From NCBI GenBank assembly GCA_000217635.1, contig CP001817.1, forward strand, positions 270,001 through 302,000: a DNA stretch of 32,000 nucleotides, given 5' to 3'. How positions within the stretch are numbered: the first letter of the stretch is position 1; every line of letters starts with the position of its first letter. Origin of the DNA: Candidatus Saccharimonadota bacterium. Lineage in GTDB: Bacteria; Pseudomonadota; Gammaproteobacteria; Enterobacterales; Enterobacteriaceae. Under the pieces are notes generated by a model. That model was not told where the DNA came from. It ran no database searches and worked only from the letters and a program-made list of their open reading frames with translations. A program made the position numbers and the translations under genes. Below, in pieces: positions 28,299 to 32,000 of this stretch.

Positions 28299-30119
28299 TT
28301 AATTTAGAGGAGTATTAATAAACTTTCTTGACATTAAATTATTAATTTGAACTATATTAATAGTTTCATATTTTATTAATGCATCTTTCATAGCATGTAA
28401 TATATCAATATTATCATTTAATATTTTTTTGGCTCTCTGATAATTTATTTGTATTAATAAGCGTACCTCTTCATCAATAATGCGAGCTGTTTCATTAGAG
28501 ATATTCTTTGTTTGTACTATTGATTTTCCTAAAAAAACTTCATTATCTTCTTCTGTATATAATAACGGACCTAATTTATCAGAAAAACCCCATTGCATTA
28601 TCATACTTCTAGCTAATTTTGTAGCAGTTTTAATATCGTTACAAGCTCCGGTAGATACATTTTTAGAACCATAAATAATCTCTTCAGCTAAACGTCCACC
28701 ATATAATGTAGAAATTTGCCCTTCTAATTTTTGACGGCTAACATTACATATATCCTCTTCTGGTAAAAATAGGGTCGCTCCTAAAGCATGACCTCGAGGT
28801 ATAATTGTAACTTTATGAACAGGATCATGATCCGGTACTAACCTTCCTATTATTACATGTCCGGCTTCATGATAAGCAATTAATTCTTTTTGAAGTGGAG
28901 TTATAACCATAGAACGTCTCTCTGCGCCCATCATTAATTTATCTTTAGATTTTTCAAAATCTAACATTTTTACAGTTCTTTGATTATGACGCGCAGCTAA
29001 TAATGCAGATTCATTTACCAAGTTAGCTAAATCTGCCCCCGAAAATCCAGGAGTACCTCGTGCAATTATTTTTGGTATAACATCATCCGATAAGGGAACT
29101 TTACGCATATGAATTTTTAAAATTTCTTCACGCCCTATAATATCAGGCAACGAAACTATCACTTTTCTATCAAACCGACCTGGACGTAATAACGCTGGAT
29201 CTAATACATCCGGACGATTTGTAGCTGCTATTACAATAACCCCTTCGTTACCATCAAATCCATCCATTTCTACCAAAATTTGATTTAAAGTTTGCTCTCT
29301 CTCATCATGACCTCCACCTAATCCAGTACCCCGTTTTCTACCTACTGCATCGATTTCATCTATAAAAATGATACATGGCGCAAATTTTCTAGAATTTTCA
29401 AACATATCTCTAACTCGAGATGCTCCAATTCCTACAAACATTTCAACAAAATCAGAACCAGAAATAGTAAAAAATGGAACTTTTGCTTCTCCAGCAATCG
29501 CTTTAGCTAATAAAGTTTTTCCGGTACCAGGGGGACCCACCATCAGTATCCCTTTTGGCATCTTACCCCCCAACTTTTGAAACCGCTTAGGTTCTTTTAA
29601 ATAATCTACTAACTCTAAAACATCTTCTTTTGCTTCATTGCATCCTGCTATATCTAAAAATGTTGTTTTAATTTCATTATTATCTAACATTCGTGCTTTA
29701 TTTTTTCCAAATGAAAATAATCCTTTTCCACCGCCAGTTTGTGCTTGTTTTATCAAAAATAACCATACACCAATTAATAAAATTGTAGGGCACCATGAAA
29801 TAATCAATGAAGTTATAATGTTAGATTCTACAGGAGATACCCCAACTACTTTTACACGTTTTGCTAAAAGTGTATTTAAAAGATTTATATCATACGTAGG
29901 TATACGAGTGGTATATTGAGTTGAATCTTTTTTAATAACTTGTATTGTTTGTCCATTTATATAAGCGTCACGTACTTTATCATGATTAACCTCTGATAAA
30001 AAAGTAGAATAATCAATATCATTCATATTAATATTACGTGAACTTAAATTTTGAAATAAAGATATTATTACCATACCTACAACAAACCATAAAATAAAGT
30101 TTTTAATCATGTCACTCAA
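28299..30119 (-). CDS. ftsH: ATP-dependent zinc metalloprotease FtsH
   Basis: 606 aa. It has Walker [14 protein letters not shown], Walker [10 protein letters not shown], the SRH motif and the zinc site HEAGH. It is highly similar to E. coli FtsH. The TTG start gives [11 protein letters not shown], with GAGG 7 nt upstream. An alternative ATG lies at 30110. Confidence 0.97.
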   Translation of the reverse strand: MSDMIKNFILWFVVGMVIISLFQNLSSRNINMNDIDYSTFLSEVNHDKVRDAYINGQTIQVIKKDSTQYTTRIPTYDINLLNTLLAKRVKVVGVSPVESNIITSLIISWCPTILLIGVWLFLIKQAQTGGGKGLFSFGKNKARMLDNNEIKTTFLDIAGCNEAKEDVLELVDYLKEPKRFQKLGGKMPKGILMVGPPGTGKTLLAKAIAGEAKVPFFTISGSDFVEMFVGIGASRVRDMFENSRKFAPCIIFIDEIDAVGRKRGTGLGGGHDEREQTLNQILVEMDGFDGNEGVIVIAATNRPDVLDPALLRPGRFDRKVIVSLPDIIGREEILKIHMRKVPLSDDVIPKIIARGTPGFSGADLANLVNESALLAARHNQRTVKMLDFEKSKDKLMMGAERRSMVITPLQKELIAYHEAGHVIIGRLVPDHDPVHKVTIIPRGHALGATLFLPEEDICNVSRQKLEGQISTLYGGRLAEEIIYGSKNVSTGACNDIKTATKLARSMIMQWGFSDKLGPLLYTEEDNEVFLGKSIVQTKNISNETARIIDEEVRLLIQINYQRAKKILNDNIDILHAMKDALIKYETINIVQINNLMSRKFINTPLN

Positions 30120-30162
30120 AAGATAACCTCACATTACAATATGTATTAAAAAAATAGAAATA

Positions 30163-30791
30163 TTAAATTCTACGCCTATAAGCTATAATAAATATTTCAC
30201 GAGAATTAATTCGTGATGAATTTGGTTTAAAAATTTTTATTTTAAAAAAATATCATTAATTTTCTTTATGTATTGATTAAACCCATCTCCTTGAAAAAGT
30301 TTAATAATAAAATATCCATTTTTTGAAAGTAAAATATTTGCTATCGAAATAGCAATATCACTTAAATAAAAAGATCTAGCATTATCAACAACTGAACATC
30401 CACTGATATTTGGAGACATATCAGATACAATTGCATTCCAATAATATCGTTTTGAAATAGAAATAATCTTTTTAAAAATAGATTTATTAGAAACATCACC
30501 CTGTAAAAATATTACCCTTTTTAAGGGTTTTATTGGTATAAGATCGCATGCAAGAATATGACCTGATTGTCCGATTTTTTCTTGTAAATATTCACACCAT
30601 CCTCCAGGAGCAGCACCTAAATCAATTATATTCATACCTTTTTGAAAAATATTATATTTTTTATCTATTTCTTTTATTTTAAACCAAGAACGAGATCTTA
30701 ATTTTTTAATATTTCTTTTTTTAATATATAAATCATGAAAATTTCTATGTAACCAGTTTCCTGAACTCTTACTTTTAGTATGACGTTTCAT
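30163..30791 (-). CDS. rlmE: 23S rRNA Um2552 2'-O-methyltransferase RlmE (FtsJ), frameshifted near the 3' end
   Basis: The 0-frame ORF 30237-30791 (184 aa) has the SAM motif DLGAAPGGW plus SDMSPN and IIKLFQG. The last 25 or so conserved residues (KIKIFKPNSSRINSREIFIIAYRRRI*) are in the -1 frame, down to TAA at 30163-30165. The switch is at sense T7 (plus A7 at 30244-30250). The total is 209 codons if one nt is added. Confidence 0.88.
30243..30250 (-). other. homopolymer / U UUU UUA slippery heptamer at the rlmE frame junction
   Basis: The sense strand reads GAT ATT TTT TTA AAA TAA. The heptamer T TTT TTA in X XXY YYZ phase lies one codon before the 0-frame stop. Confidence 0.6.
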
Positions 30792-31030
30792 ATTTATTTA
30801 TATGTAAAGAGTTAAAAAAAATATAAATTTAAAATATTTTTAAATTTTAAAAATATTTAAAAAATATATAATTTATTTTAAAAATATTTTAAAATAAAAT
30901 AAGAAATTAAAAAAAATATAAAATTTTTTAAAAAAAAATATATGTTATTTAAACATTCTAATATAATAATAATCGCGATAATTTCATTAATTAGTATTTA
31001 TTAATATTTTTATAAAAAATATATTTTTTA

Positions 31031-31510
31031 TTAAATATATTCTATTTTAATAATTAAATATTGTATTAATCCGGAAGGAGTTTTAATTTTCACTATATCG
31101 CCATTTTTTTTTCCAATAAGGCCTCTAGACATTGGTGAATAAATAGAAATTGAATTTTCCTTAAGATTAGCTTCATCATCTCCTACAATTGTATATTTAA
31201 ATATATTATCTGTACAGGTCTGTAAAATAGTTACAGTTGCTCCAAAAATTACTACATTACGGAATAATATTTTTTTAACATTAATTACTTGCGCTCGCGA
31301 TAATGTTGTTTCAATTCGTCTAATTTTATTTTCACAAAAACTTTGTTCTTCTCTTGCAGCATGATATTCAGCATTTTCTTTAAGATCTCCTAATTGACGC
31401 GCTTCTGCAATAGCATTAATAATACTAGGTCTTATAATATTTTTTAATTTTTTTAATTCCTTTTTCAATTTATTAAAGCCTTTTAATGTCATAGGAATAT
31501 AACTAGTCAC
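31031..31510 (-). CDS. greA: transcription elongation factor GreA
   Basis: 159 aa with IPMTLKGF.KL..EL..LK...RP.II.AIAEAR..GDLKENAEYHAAREEQ (nearly identical to E. coli) and a C-terminal SP..RGLIGK. The GTG start has GAGGT 6 nt upstream. Confidence 0.94.
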   Translation of the reverse strand: MTSYIPMTLKGFNKLKKELKKLKNIIRPSIINAIAEARQLGDLKENAEYHAAREEQSFCENKIRRIETTLSRAQVINVKKILFRNVVIFGATVTILQTCTDNIFKYTIVGDDEANLKENSISIYSPMSRGLIGKKNGDIVKIKTPSGLIQYLIIKIEYI

Positions 31511-32000
31511 ATTGGTACCTCACTATAAAAAACTATATTATTAAATTATATTATGATAATTTTAAAAAAATATATATTTTAATAAAAACTAATAAATAAA
31601 CATATAAATAATGCAATTAATCTATAGTGTTTCTTAAAATTTTTTTATAAAAAACAAAAACTTTTATTTTTAACGTTTTATTTAAAAATTCATATAAAAT
31701 AATTCTATGTCTTTAAAGAACAAATCTTAAAAATATAATTAAATAATAAAAAAAAGTAATTATTTTTATTTTAAAAAATATTTCTTTATATATAGAAATT
31801 ATATTATAATCACAATATACTATTGTATATAATTTAATTATCTAGAAAAATAGATAATAAAAAATAAAAAAATTATTATTTTTAAATATTAATTTAAAAA
31901 TGCGCTATAATTAATAAAAAATTTATCTATTTCATCACTAATTAAAAATTTATTTATATTATTAAAAAGAAAATTATCGTATGAAATACAAAAATCGAAA

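Noticed and set aside
2185-29919. Fourteen short ORFs in the track overlap larger genes or their flanks on the opposite strand: 2185-2394, 5466-5648, 8463-8699, 12794-12994, 13508-13714, 14742-15017, 15446-15637, 15598-15801, 18693-18887, 19505-19687, 19886-20107, 28480-28674, 29368-29580 and 29638-29919.
   Set aside because: All of them overlap well-supported conserved genes (or the uup remnant) on the other strand. They have low-complexity Phe/Ile/Lys/Asn-rich translations and no recognisable motifs. They are shadow ORFs of the kind expected in AT-rich DNA.
30197-30216. A hairpin, TCACGA-N8-TCGTGA, lies downstream of the rlmE slippery site and could be a -1 frameshift stimulator.
   Set aside because: It lies about 26 nt after the heptamer, while canonical spacers are about 5-9 nt. 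It is also explained by the coding repeat SR-IN-SR. I see no support for a stimulatory structure.
30800-31000. Recurrent TAAAATATTTT / TTAAAAATATTT-like units occur in the rlmE-greA spacer and could be read as a repeat array.
   Set aside because: The units are imperfect and irregularly spaced, and the sequence is pure A/T low complexity. There is no constant repeat-spacer architecture. The spacer is more likely the eroded site of yhbY, which lies between rlmE and greA in E. coli.
31837-31858. An 8-bp inverted repeat (ATTATCTA-GAAAAA-TAGATAAT) and overlapping short palindromes occur near 31812-31830.
   Set aside because: The stems are A/T-rich, with no flanking U-tract and no adjacent identified gene. 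The evidence is insufficient to call a terminator or an operator.
31889-32000. There is an open minus-strand frame at the window edge (...FDFCISYDNFLFNNINKFLISDEIDKFFINYSAFLN*, stop at 31889-31891) and also a plus-strand ATG at 31981.
   Set aside because: Only about 36 codons are visible and I recognise no motif. By synteny obgE could be expected here, but the similarity is too weak to call. The plus-strand start has no SD and only 6 visible codons.

Overview
This window is a very AT-rich, gene-dense stretch of a reduced gammaproteobacterial genome. By eye it is roughly four-fifths A+T, though I did not compute this. The proteins are colinear with E. coli housekeeping proteins as I recall them. 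The gene order is rluC-rpmF-fabD-fabG-acpP-holB-ycfH-hinT / asnS / uup / yceA-valS-pepA / argI-ridA / deaD-pnp-rpsO-truB-rbfA-infB-nusA-leuU-secG-ftsH-rlmE-greA. This is the order I associate with Buchnera aphidicola, which is an inference from memory and not a search result. I see 26 protein-coding loci, one tRNA and a few hairpin terminators. I see no mobile elements, CRISPR arrays, toxin or defence genes, or foreign-looking DNA, so I do not think the window holds a novel multi-gene system. The noteworthy signal is subtler: four dispensable genes carry 1-nt frame disruptions at or beside homopolymer runs. (1) truB looks intact in the ORF track, but about 32 codons, including its conserved CGAH/LxRL core, are read out of frame between an A6 and an A11 tract. 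(2) rlmE loses its catalytic-Glu tail to the -1 frame at a U UUU UUA site. (3) uup is broken by six frame changes with no nonsense mutation on the homologous path. (4) The ycfH 3' end is shifted. Neighbouring essential genes keep equally long or longer A9-A12 tracts in frame. Possible explanations are early pseudogenisation, rescue by transcriptional slippage or ribosomal frameshifting, or homopolymer assembly error, and the sequence alone cannot separate them. Other observations are an N-terminally shortened infB behind a 404-bp spacer and many synteny gaps relative to E. coli. The missing genes are plsX/fabH, fabF-tmk, ptsG, holC, nlpI, metY/rimP, glmM/folP and yhbY. All comparisons to E. 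coli proteins are from memory and need real alignments.
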